A program made the position numbers and the translations under genes. A stretch of DNA of 64,000 nucleotides from a virus (Duplodnaviria; Caudoviricetes): positions 1 to 64,000 of the IMG/VR virus record IMGVR_UViG_3300005656_000005; one strand, written 5' to 3'. Position 1 is the first letter of the stretch. Every line of letters starts with the position of its first letter. Of this stretch, positions 8,896 to 17,443 are shown piece after piece. The notes under the pieces are model-generated. The model saw only the letters and a program-made list of their open reading frames with translations. It ran no database searches and had not been told where the DNA came from.

Positions 8896-9349
8896 ATTTA
8901 CTTATTGGGGTAAAATATAATTTCACTTCTCTTTTTCTCCTGCCAATTATTTCTTTGGGCTTATTCCACATCATAAATGCGTTTTCAATGCTTTGATCTG
9001 ATGCCCTTGCATTAATCCTCCTTAGTAAAGTTGATTTTTTAAAAGCCTGTTGCCCTACATTGTATGTAAATGAAACTAAGGCATCAAATTGGTTTTGGTT
9101 TATATCATCCCTTGTGTTGGTATAGACTGTTAATTCAAACTGCCTTAATACCCATTTAAACAACTCCATAGCACGTTTTTCAGTTATTGGATGGTCAGTC
9201 ATTTTAACCCTGCTGCCATCTTCGTAAAATGTATTGCCTACTCCGATAGTGGGAATACCCACAGTATCCAAATAAGGCTTTAACCTTACACCTTCACTTT
9301 GCATTAAATGCTTTATACCATTTTCAGACATTGATTTTATTTCTGTCAT
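8894..9349 (-). CDS. Endolysin, phage lysozyme (GH24)
   Basis: EGVRLKPYLDTVGIPTIGVG with E-x8-D-x5-T triad; QNQFDALVSFTYNVG; GRRKREVKLY. Confidence 0.95.
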   Translation of the reverse strand: MTEIKSMSENGIKHLMQSEGVRLKPYLDTVGIPTIGVGNTFYEDGSRVKMTDHPITEKRAMELFKWVLRQFELTVYTNTRDDINQNQFDALVSFTYNVGQQAFKKSTLLRRINARASDQSIENAFMMWNKPKEIIGRRKREVKLYFTPISK

Positions 9350-9481
9350 ATTACATTTTTTAATTAAACAATAAAATAAGAGGTAAGCAAATGGTTATTC
9401 ATAGGTAATGACTTTATTTCATCATTATACAATATGTATTTAGAAGAACCTGATACCATAAAGTTGTATTTGGTGAATAAA

Positions 9482-9886
9482 TTATTTTAGAAAAATAAAT
9501 ATTGCTGCCGTTACTCCTGCTGCCCCAATGGTTGCAAAAACTGTTTTACGTTTCTGCCTTCTGTACTTTTTGTTTTGAGCCTTCATTTCCTTTACTGCTA
9601 TATCTCTTTGGTTTGTTAGGTTTATTAATTCATCCTGATATGTTTCTATTACTTTTGCTACTGCTGTATCTTTTTCTGTGTGGGCTTTTATAATACCATC
9701 TAATATGGCTATACGCTGATTAAGGATAGTTACTCTTTCAGCATCTATCTTACCTTTTTCAATTAACTTAACTGCATTACGCAACCAATCATTTTCAATA
9801 ATCGTTGTCGGTTTGGTTTGGGAGATTGCGGAAATACTCACGCAACTCATTACTACCATAATTGTTAATAGCTTTAGCCTTTTCAT
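9482..9886 (-). CDS. Putative outer spanin-like exported coiled-coil protein
   Basis: Signal peptide with possible lipobox VMS-C, coiled coil, C-terminal hydrophobic helix; overlaps upstream TM/coiled-coil gene. Confidence 0.55.
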   Translation of the reverse strand: MKRLKLLTIMVVMSCVSISAISQTKPTTIIENDWLRNAVKLIEKGKIDAERVTILNQRIAILDGIIKAHTEKDTAVAKVIETYQDELINLTNQRDIAVKEMKAQNKKYRRQKRKTVFATIGAAGVTAAIFIFLK

Positions 9887-10175
9887 TATATTGATTATTA
9901 AGATTTTTACTTTTCAGATCGTTTAGTAATAAGGAATCTTTTTGAGAACGGATAAATTCATCTTTACTGTTTACTACTTCCTGCCATGCCTTTCTTTCCT
10001 GTTCAATTAATATTCTATTTTCTTCTTTTAATTTTAATTCCTGCTTAACCATATCAAGTGAATGGTCTTTTTTAAGGGATTGGAAAAATACAATAGCTAA
10101 TAGGATTACAACCACACAAAAGGCTGCTATCCATAACTGCGTTTTATTATCCTTTACCCATTTAGATATATTCAT
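9795..10175 (-). CDS. Putative inner spanin
   Basis: N-terminal TM helix plus coiled coil, in lysis cassette. Confidence 0.6.
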   Translation of the reverse strand: MNISKWVKDNKTQLWIAAFCVVVILLAIVFFQSLKKDHSLDMVKQELKLKEENRILIEQERKAWQEVVNSKDEFIRSQKDSLLLNDLKSKNLNNQYNEKAKAINNYGSNELREYFRNLPNQTDNDY

Positions 10176-10264
10176 GATTTGCTTTTTACTATCATGTACA
10201 AGATGATACCTATCAGTATAATGATAAGTGCTGTTTTGGTAAATAATTTTCCTAAATCAATCAT
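10172..10264 (-). CDS. 30-aa single-TM peptide (not in ORF track)
   Basis: MIDLGKLFTKTALIIILIGIILYMIVKSKS; start and stop overlap both neighbours (TAATG, ATGA). Confidence 0.6.
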   Translation of the reverse strand: MIDLGKLFTKTALIIILIGIILYMIVKSKS

Positions 10265-10542
10265 TACTCTGTTTTTGTTTCTTCTTTTTGGGCATCCTGC
10301 GCCTTATCGGGAGTCCCTTTAATTATGGATGCAATTTGTGCAACCGTTGCTACCCCACTCATTATAAGTATAAACACCATAGTAGCGACAATGATATTGT
10401 ACCTGCCACCATCATTATTTGCACTTACTATGGCATAAATTATTGACCATCCTAAGATAGCCGCAATACTTACGCTTATCCATCTTTTATGACTTACTTT
10501 TCCTCCTTCCATAAACATTGATATTAAAAAGTTTTCTTTCAT
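10264..10542 (-). CDS. Putative holin
   Basis: 92 aa, two TM helices, charged C-terminal tail, near endolysin. Confidence 0.65.
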   Translation of the reverse strand: MKENFLISMFMEGGKVSHKRWISVSIAAILGWSIIYAIVSANNDGGRYNIIVATMVFILIMSGVATVAQIASIIKGTPDKAQDAQKEETKTE

Positions 10543-10547
10543 AATTA

Positions 10548-10787
10548 TTATTTTTTAAAATGTTTTAATTGTTCTTCAATTATAGGTATCCTGTCGCACT
10601 TTAATTTCATACTTTTTATTTCCTCTTTCATTTCGTGCATATCCTCTGCCATGTATTTTATGGTAATATTTTGCGTTAAGTCTTCTTTTCGTTCAGCTAA
10701 CAATTTACTAACCCACCACATAATTCCGCCCCCTAAGAACGTCAGCACCCCAATTACAAACATCACCGCTTCAGTGTTTATATTCAT
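10548..10787 (-). CDS. Single-TM coiled-coil protein (holin/antiholin-like)
   Basis: N-terminal TM then coiled coil. Confidence 0.5.
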   Translation of the reverse strand: MNINTEAVMFVIGVLTFLGGGIMWWVSKLLAERKEDLTQNITIKYMAEDMHEMKEEIKSMKLKCDRIPIIEEQLKHFKK

Positions 10788-11268
10788 GAGTTCGGGTTTT
10801 TAAAATATGGTTATCAATCTTGTTTTCAATTTTATTATCCCAATCCTGCAAGGCTTCTTTACAAGTACCGGTAGAAAATAAACTGCTGAAAAAAGAAATT
10901 ATTAAACTCAATCTGCAAAACGGATACTTTTTAACATAATGCCATAAAGTAACAACAATTGCCAGTAAACCCGTTGTTATCTGAAAAACAATATTATAAA
11001 CATCATCCTTTTGGATAACAAGATAGTAAACTGCAAATAATAATTCAGCAAATGCAGCCCACCTACTAACTGAACAAAACTTGAACATCAGTGTAAAGAC
11101 AACTAAAAAAACCGCAAATAATACATTAGTTCCTACGAAAGTATTCAGATAAAACCCGTTTTTAAAGTACCATTCAGGATTGACAAAATACATGATATTT
11201 GCGGCTACCTGTGCTGCCACTAATATAATCGGGAAATATATTACAAATAGTTTTATTTTCTTCTTCAT
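10771..11268 (-). CDS. Multi-pass membrane protein
   Basis: About four hydrophobic segments. Confidence 0.65.
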   Translation of the reverse strand: MKKKIKLFVIYFPIILVAAQVAANIMYFVNPEWYFKNGFYLNTFVGTNVLFAVFLVVFTLMFKFCSVSRWAAFAELLFAVYYLVIQKDDVYNIVFQITTGLLAIVVTLWHYVKKYPFCRLSLIISFFSSLFSTGTCKEALQDWDNKIENKIDNHILKTRTHEYKH

Positions 11269-11459
11269 GAATGGGTTTTTATTGTTCCTACTGTACCACC
11301 TCCGACAATAGATGCAGTTTGTTGAGCAGCTTCCAATGTATCATATTCAATAGCATTATCCAAGTTCCCGAATAACGATTCTGATGGTTGACCAGCATTG
11401 TACCCAATAAGATACATATCTGTTCCTTCAATCTGTACTACATAAGTGTCTTGTCTCAT
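11265..11459 (-). CDS. Hypothetical protein (probable start MRQDTY)
   Basis: Start at 11459 removes overlap with upstream gene. Confidence 0.55.
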   Translation of the reverse strand: MRQDTYVVQIEGTDMYLIGYNAGQPSESLFGNLDNAIEYDTLEAAQQTASIVGGGTVGTIKTHS

Positions 11460-11574
11460 TTTCTTTGATTTTTTAAACTGAATAATTATTTTTTCAACAA
11501 TATCATATTTTTTTATTGGTTTTTCATAAACCTTAAACTCCCTGTTTCTTGCATCGCCAATGGTTAGTCCTTTT

Positions 11575-11949
11575 CTATAAACTGAATCCATTTACGGGTA
11601 TATTATAAGGCCATACAATCATCCACGGTTTGCCCAATGGCTGCTTATTGGATGTTAGAAACTTTACTGTCGCTGACCTGTTACAACAATCTGTTTTCAT
11701 AACTACAAATCCATCCAATGCAACAAAGGTATTTTTTACCAATCCTTTTCTTACTGCATACCCACCAACAGGAATAAGGGTTGAATCATACCCCTTTACA
11801 TTACCCCATGCCAAAGTTCCATTTGCTTTACGGTAATCGTAATAACGGGTTGAATCTAACACCGGAAGTATGCAGGGAATGGTATCATAGGATTGTGCCT
11901 GCATACCACCGAAGAACATAAGAAATAATAATGTTAATAGTACTTTCAT
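11575..11949 (-). CDS. Exported protein with signal peptide
   Basis: MKVLLTLLFLMFFGGMQA|QSYDTI, cleavage before Gln. Confidence 0.7.
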   Translation of the reverse strand: MKVLLTLLFLMFFGGMQAQSYDTIPCILPVLDSTRYYDYRKANGTLAWGNVKGYDSTLIPVGGYAVRKGLVKNTFVALDGFVVMKTDCCNRSATVKFLTSNKQPLGKPWMIVWPYNIPVNGFSL

Positions 11950-11950
11950 A

Positions 11951-14164
11951 TTAATTTATAATTTGATATTCTAAATAGCTTATGCCGCCAATGGCTGTTA
12001 TAGCCGATGCCGATATTTCGCTGGCAAACCTTACCTGCACATCACCGTTAGCCGATGGTAATATTTCGCCTTCAATTACACAACGGTTATTGGTTGTTAC
12101 TGAACTGGCGTTACTGGCGGATGGCAGGTTATAAGCACCCAATGTGTTTATTGTCGCCGCTGCTGCCGTTGTGTTGTATGTACTTCGGTAGCTTATATCT
12201 GTAACTGCCGGGCCGTTCACCGTCCAGCGGCTGCCGGTTGTTGTGGCTGCTGAATTATATACCACCACCACCTTGAAACTGTACCGTGTACCTGCAACCA
12301 CCGGAAATGTTAATCCGGTAACGTCTGCAAGGGTATTGGCTGATGCGTTATTGTTGATGACGTTATCAGGGAGCCAAACTCTTGTTACCCCGGTTACGTT
12401 TGGTATTGCCGACCGTATTGCTGCGGCTGTGTCATCCAATGCCTGCTGTGTTATTCCTCCACCGCCAACTATTCCTGTAAGTGCTGAACCATCCCCGTAA
12501 TATTTTACAGCGTGAACGTCTTTAAACCTGTTGCCTGCACTTCCCAAATCAATAACACCGTTACCACCATAATCTTTAAACACCGTTGAATTAAGAACCA
12601 TCTGAACCCCGTTTACCCCGTAATATAAATTACCTCCCTGCGACCAAAAATAAGCATTGGAATTACCTGCTGCCTGTAAAGAGATAACACCGGCTGTACC
12701 TGATGTTTTAAATTGTGCCAATGTACCGTTCACAGTACTTTCCATTGTAAACGGATGGATAATATTTGCCACGTCTGAAACCCCAATACCGAAATTACCG
12801 CCGTAAACATTTGTCTTGCCGCTGAATGTCATTGTTCCCTGATTGCGGAATATTTGACCGAATGATGAACCCGCACCACGTACACCGGCAAATATTATTG
12901 AACGGGTATTTAATGATGGCATTGGCTGATCTCCTTCCACATAAGGGCTGTACCATTGTGAAGTACCTGATGGATGTGTTGACGCAAATGCCCCGCCTGA
13001 CCAATAATGTTTTGCGTTATCCCACGGCGTTGCTGCCTGTGCTTCAACCACCGTCCAGTATGTAGGAAATAAATCGGGTTGCTTATTAATACCACTGCCA
13101 TCATCATGCAGGAAAGTTGCTGTGTAATACCCACCGTTAAAACTTACTGTGGTGGCTGTCCCTGCTATGGATGCGTTACTATTTGCAGCGAATGAATTTG
13201 AATAAAAGTTATTACCTAAAAATCCGTTATCCAATATTCCCCACCGTTTGTTTTGCATGGCATCGCAGTTATGAAATGTTATGTAGTTGGCATCACATCC
13301 GTTAGTACGAAAGCCATGCAGGGCAAAATTAACTTTGCAGTTGGTTACCAATGAGAAATCAACACTACCGAATATAGGGTTGTTTGTGCTATCCCCCCCT
13401 GCACACCCTTCTAAATTTATCCCTACACCTGATGCCAATGGGATATATATATTATCTAAGATAACCTTGCAGCGAATGTCAATCAAATGCTTGTTGCTGT
13501 CTATTGGTTCAATGCTGTATGTATTTTTTAATTGCAGATTTCTAATTTCAGAAGTAAAATCATATTGGTATTCATGTATGGCAATGCCTGTTGTATTCCA
13601 CGGGAAAGTAAGTATAGCTGATGGCAAAGTATATACTCCACCACCACCTTTAATCTTTATGCTTTCAGTAAAAAATAAAGTATATGTAACTGCATATTCA
13701 CCTGCCGGAAAATAAAGCCATTCAAAACTTTGTCTGTGTGATAACAGATAATTCTTTGCGGCTGTTATTGCGTTCCAGTTCTCAATACCTGTACGGGCTG
13801 CACCTGCACCGTACCAACGTACATCCATATTAACACCCGCCTGCCGCTTCCATTTATTGTTATTGGCATCTGCGAATATCATTCCGTTATCTGCTGCATC
13901 ATTGCCCGAATAAGGAAAGAATGTACCGCCCCGAATTGTGTCGTTTATAAACAATGCTGTTGCTGCGCCGTTGTAACTTCCAATGGCTTCAATGGTTGAT
14001 AGTGTTGCTGATGATGCGCTGCCGGATGCTTGGTTGCTGATCCGGGTAGAATCACCACCTATTTTCAGCCATAATTCTGTTCCGTTAATTACAAGTATTT
14101 TTGGTATTGTGTCCTGCGCTGTTAAGCACAACGGGAACAAAAGAATTATTAAGGCTGCTTTCAT
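11951..14164 (-). CDS. Tailspike/depolymerase-like beta-helix protein with signal peptide
   Basis: Start at 14164 gives MKAALIILLFPLCLTA|QDTI; DVRWYGA...LYFPAGEY is the pectate-lyase-3-like beta-helix entry motif. Confidence 0.75.
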   Translation of the reverse strand: MKAALIILLFPLCLTAQDTIPKILVINGTELWLKIGGDSTRISNQASGSASSATLSTIEAIGSYNGAATALFINDTIRGGTFFPYSGNDAADNGMIFADANNNKWKRQAGVNMDVRWYGAGAARTGIENWNAITAAKNYLLSHRQSFEWLYFPAGEYAVTYTLFFTESIKIKGGGGVYTLPSAILTFPWNTTGIAIHEYQYDFTSEIRNLQLKNTYSIEPIDSNKHLIDIRCKVILDNIYIPLASGVGINLEGCAGGDSTNNPIFGSVDFSLVTNCKVNFALHGFRTNGCDANYITFHNCDAMQNKRWGILDNGFLGNNFYSNSFAANSNASIAGTATTVSFNGGYYTATFLHDDGSGINKQPDLFPTYWTVVEAQAATPWDNAKHYWSGGAFASTHPSGTSQWYSPYVEGDQPMPSLNTRSIIFAGVRGAGSSFGQIFRNQGTMTFSGKTNVYGGNFGIGVSDVANIIHPFTMESTVNGTLAQFKTSGTAGVISLQAAGNSNAYFWSQGGNLYYGVNGVQMVLNSTVFKDYGGNGVIDLGSAGNRFKDVHAVKYYGDGSALTGIVGGGGITQQALDDTAAAIRSAIPNVTGVTRVWLPDNVINNNASANTLADVTGLTFPVVAGTRYSFKVVVVYNSAATTTGSRWTVNGPAVTDISYRSTYNTTAAAATINTLGAYNLPSASNASSVTTNNRCVIEGEILPSANGDVQVRFASEISASAITAIGGISYLEYQIIN

Positions 14165-14172
14165 AAAATGTT

Positions 14173-17031
14173 TTACAATGATGTTATAGTTTCCCATGCG
14201 CTACCTGTATAAACACATAGCTTATGCAATGTGGTATCGTAAACAATCAACCCCTCTGCCGGGCTGCTGATTGCGTTTTTCTGTGTCGTGGTCATTCGTG
14301 GTGGCAGCCATCCTTTTGTTGTAGATGAACTTTCCATAATTGCAGATGCCACCGGCGCAGCCGTACCGCCAACAAATACGCCGCTTGTTGTATTCATGGA
14401 TATTGCTCCGTTTGCCGTTACCCTTAACGTACTGCTACCTTCAATTATTCCCCAGCCAATTTGAATATTTGCAGTTTCATTCAATGCCAATATCTTCAAT
14501 CCATGACTTCCTGTATTAGTAGGACTTTTAATCGTTAAGCCATGATTTGCGTCTATGGTTGTTGGTGCAAGGATACCAACACCGCCAACATCATTTATAC
14601 GCATGGCACGAATAGCCCCGTTATTACCCACAAGGAAATCCATAAACGAACCTGTTGTACCTGCGCCTGTTGTTGTCTGAAAATTTAAATCGGCTGTTGT
14701 GGAAGTACCTCCGATAACCAACGGTACAAAAGCACTTGTACCCAAATAAGCAGTCCTCCACATTAAAGAAGCACTACCCAAATCATCTGTATTATCTGCA
14801 TCACTTATAAGGCTTGTATTTATTTCTGTTGGAACGGCAAGGTTTGAAAGGGCTGTGTTTGCCTTACCGTCAATCTGTGTTTGAATAGCACTCGTAACCC
14901 CCTTAACATAACTTAATTCAGTTAATGATGGATAAGTAGCAACTGCCAATGAACCAATAGAAGATGCCCCTGTACCATATACAAGTTCATTAGTTGTAAG
15001 CGTACCTGTTATAGTTCCTGTACCTGTTGCAGTTAATTCCCCACCTGATAAAGATAAACCACTACCTACTGTTATGTAGCCTACGTGACCCCTATCTACT
15101 CCGGCTGTTTCAACCCATCCCATTAATGTATTTTGGGCTGTGTTGTTGGTGAGTGTGTCAATGTCTAAATGCCCTAACCCCGGATTAATTGATATTGAAT
15201 CTTCATAAATTGCTAAATTACTAAACCTTGTACTGCCCGCTTCAAAATTTATATAGTCTGCCAATGTAATCTCAAAAAGGTTCCCATCCGCATCTACAGT
15301 ATTATCAGTCGTCAACGTACTTCCTGCTGTAAGTGTTTGTTGCCATGTGGGGGTAGAGCCGACAACTGAACCTTCAATAATATTCCCACTTGCATCTACT
15401 TGTAGGGCATAGGTTGGCGTTCCTGTATATGAACCTACTCCATATCCTCTTGCATTTAATGAACCCTTCAACAGTGTTGAGGTTACATTGTCATTACCCA
15501 ATACAACCTGATTGCTTGCAAAGCCTCTCGCATCATAACCAATAACAGTCATATTTTGTAAAGATGTTGTATATGGTATGCTGCTATCACGAGAAGCATT
15601 ACTGCCTAAAAAAGTAACTGCTGTATCATATATGCTTGCAAAATTTGGGTAAGTATCTCCTAAGTGATAGCCTGCCCTGCTTCCAATAGCAGTATTCTTA
15701 TAACCCATGTGCTTAACACCTAAAGCGTATAACCCCCACAATGTAGAATCTCCGATGGCAGTATTATGAGTTCCATCACTCCAGTATAACGCATCTAATC
15801 CTACTCCTACATTATGGTCACCGACAATGTTACCGTACAAAGCATCAAACCCAACTCCTACATTAGCAAACCCTGTTGTATTAGTCCACATAGTTCTCCC
15901 GCCGATTGCTGTATTTCTTGTACCTGTTGTATTGAATTGAAGTGTGCTAAATCCAAGAGCTGTATTTCTCCATCCAGTTGTATTCCAAAACATAGAAAGC
16001 GAACCAACTGATGTGTTATCATAACCAGTTGTGTTTCTTTGAAAACTGTATGCACCAATAGTTGTATTTTCATATCCTGTTGTATTAGTATTGCCGTTCC
16101 ATGCCCCTATTGCTACATTTCGATAACCAGTTGTGTTTGAATACAAAGATGAATCTCCTATACCTAAATTACCAGTACCGTAAGGCCCTGTACTGCCTGT
16201 CAATGTAAAGTTTCCACTTTTTCTACCTATAAATAAATTACGACCAGTTTGCGAAAAATTCGCTCCGGGTAAAGAAAAATCGTGAATAAACCTATCTGAA
16301 CCTTTAAAAATTACACCAACTGTACTATCTACTGTTGCCGGTATATTTATTCCGCCAGTTGAAAATAACCTTAACTGTTCAGCGTTATTAGTTTTTATAA
16401 TTAAATCATTCGCATTGGTTGTACCAAGAAATTTACCACTTGCATTATTATTTCCGTCTAATGACCAGGCAGAATCGGAAACAACAATAGGTGTACCACC
16501 CCCACCGCTATATTGAGTTAACCTATTTCCGTTACTTGGGTCATAGCCCAACCCTACTGTTGTGCCACTTTCTGCCAATATCCCTGTACTATCTAATATA
16601 AGTCTTGTCAAGGCTCTTGTTTTGAATAAAATACTATTGCCACTAAGTGTTCCAAATGTTAGATCATCTACATCATTAGCCCAAGTATTTCCTACAGTCA
16701 ACCATCCTACATCCCCTGTACTGCCTCCTGACGGAAGTAGTTGAACCCATTTTTGTATAGCTAAATACCGATACCAAATTGCTACTATTGGTGTTGTGGT
16801 TTTTATCATAGCCCCGTCATACCATTTAATATACAGATTAGCATTTGCGGCTGTTGTATCAGTATATGTTGGAAGTATAAGTCCGACTGTTGGTTTTACT
16901 CCACCGTTAATTGTATATAAAAAATTATTGGCATTAGGATTACCAATACTCCCATTAACGGGGAATAATACTTGTGCCTTTACAGAAAACATTAAGGCAA
17001 TTAGTATTGATATTAAAAATAATTTTTTCAT
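14173..17031 (-). CDS. Fibre/adhesin protein with NTTG/NTAxG repeats and signal peptide
   Basis: MKKLFLISILIALMFSVKA|Q; 14-aa repeats NTTGxxNTAxG; C-terminal KGWLPPRMTTTQKNAISSPAEGLIVYD motif of Bacteroidota fibre proteins. Confidence 0.8.
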   Translation of the reverse strand: MKKLFLISILIALMFSVKAQVLFPVNGSIGNPNANNFLYTINGGVKPTVGLILPTYTDTTAANANLYIKWYDGAMIKTTTPIVAIWYRYLAIQKWVQLLPSGGSTGDVGWLTVGNTWANDVDDLTFGTLSGNSILFKTRALTRLILDSTGILAESGTTVGLGYDPSNGNRLTQYSGGGGTPIVVSDSAWSLDGNNNASGKFLGTTNANDLIIKTNNAEQLRLFSTGGINIPATVDSTVGVIFKGSDRFIHDFSLPGANFSQTGRNLFIGRKSGNFTLTGSTGPYGTGNLGIGDSSLYSNTTGYRNVAIGAWNGNTNTTGYENTTIGAYSFQRNTTGYDNTSVGSLSMFWNTTGWRNTALGFSTLQFNTTGTRNTAIGGRTMWTNTTGFANVGVGFDALYGNIVGDHNVGVGLDALYWSDGTHNTAIGDSTLWGLYALGVKHMGYKNTAIGSRAGYHLGDTYPNFASIYDTAVTFLGSNASRDSSIPYTTSLQNMTVIGYDARGFASNQVVLGNDNVTSTLLKGSLNARGYGVGSYTGTPTYALQVDASGNIIEGSVVGSTPTWQQTLTAGSTLTTDNTVDADGNLFEITLADYINFEAGSTRFSNLAIYEDSISINPGLGHLDIDTLTNNTAQNTLMGWVETAGVDRGHVGYITVGSGLSLSGGELTATGTGTITGTLTTNELVYGTGASSIGSLAVATYPSLTELSYVKGVTSAIQTQIDGKANTALSNLAVPTEINTSLISDADNTDDLGSASLMWRTAYLGTSAFVPLVIGGTSTTADLNFQTTTGAGTTGSFMDFLVGNNGAIRAMRINDVGGVGILAPTTIDANHGLTIKSPTNTGSHGLKILALNETANIQIGWGIIEGSSTLRVTANGAISMNTTSGVFVGGTAAPVASAIMESSSTTKGWLPPRMTTTQKNAISSPAEGLIVYDTTLHKLCVYTGSAWETITSL

Positions 17032-17052
17032 AGTTAAATATGTTTTATAGTC

Positions 17053-17412
17053 TTATGCTAAGACTATTGGTTCGATGTCTGTTTGGTTAATGTCCCCAAC
17101 TAAATCTACTGATAAAGAAATCACATTTGGCACTTCCGCCCAGGCTCTTATAGATTCATCTGTGCTTATTATTCTATCAGTAACCTCAATTGTTATGGTA
17201 TCATTTGCAGGAACGGTGGCAAAACTTAAAACTGCTCCGGCAATAAATAATCCACTTGGTACAACAAACCCTAAATGCACTTTTACATCCGTATTCGATG
17301 TATTACAAAGGGTAATATTTACAGCTTTGACCTCTGAACCATACAGATCATTCCAGTTATAGAATATCTCTGTTTCGGTATTCGGTAATAATGTTTTTAC
17401 GGTTGCTGCCAT
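17053..17412 (-). CDS. Small beta-sandwich structural protein (possible fibre adaptor)
   Basis: 119 aa, beta-rich, immediately upstream of fibres, no signal peptide. Confidence 0.5.
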   Translation of the reverse strand: MAATVKTLLPNTETEIFYNWNDLYGSEVKAVNITLCNTSNTDVKVHLGFVVPSGLFIAGAVLSFATVPANDTITIEVTDRIISTDESIRAWAEVPNVISLSVDLVGDINQTDIEPIVLA

Positions 17413-17443
17413 TGACTTTTAATAAATTACATAAATATAAGAA

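Noticed and set aside
11951-17031. Diversity-generating retroelement targeting the fibres
   Set aside because: No reverse transcriptase or template/variable repeat pair seen in the window.
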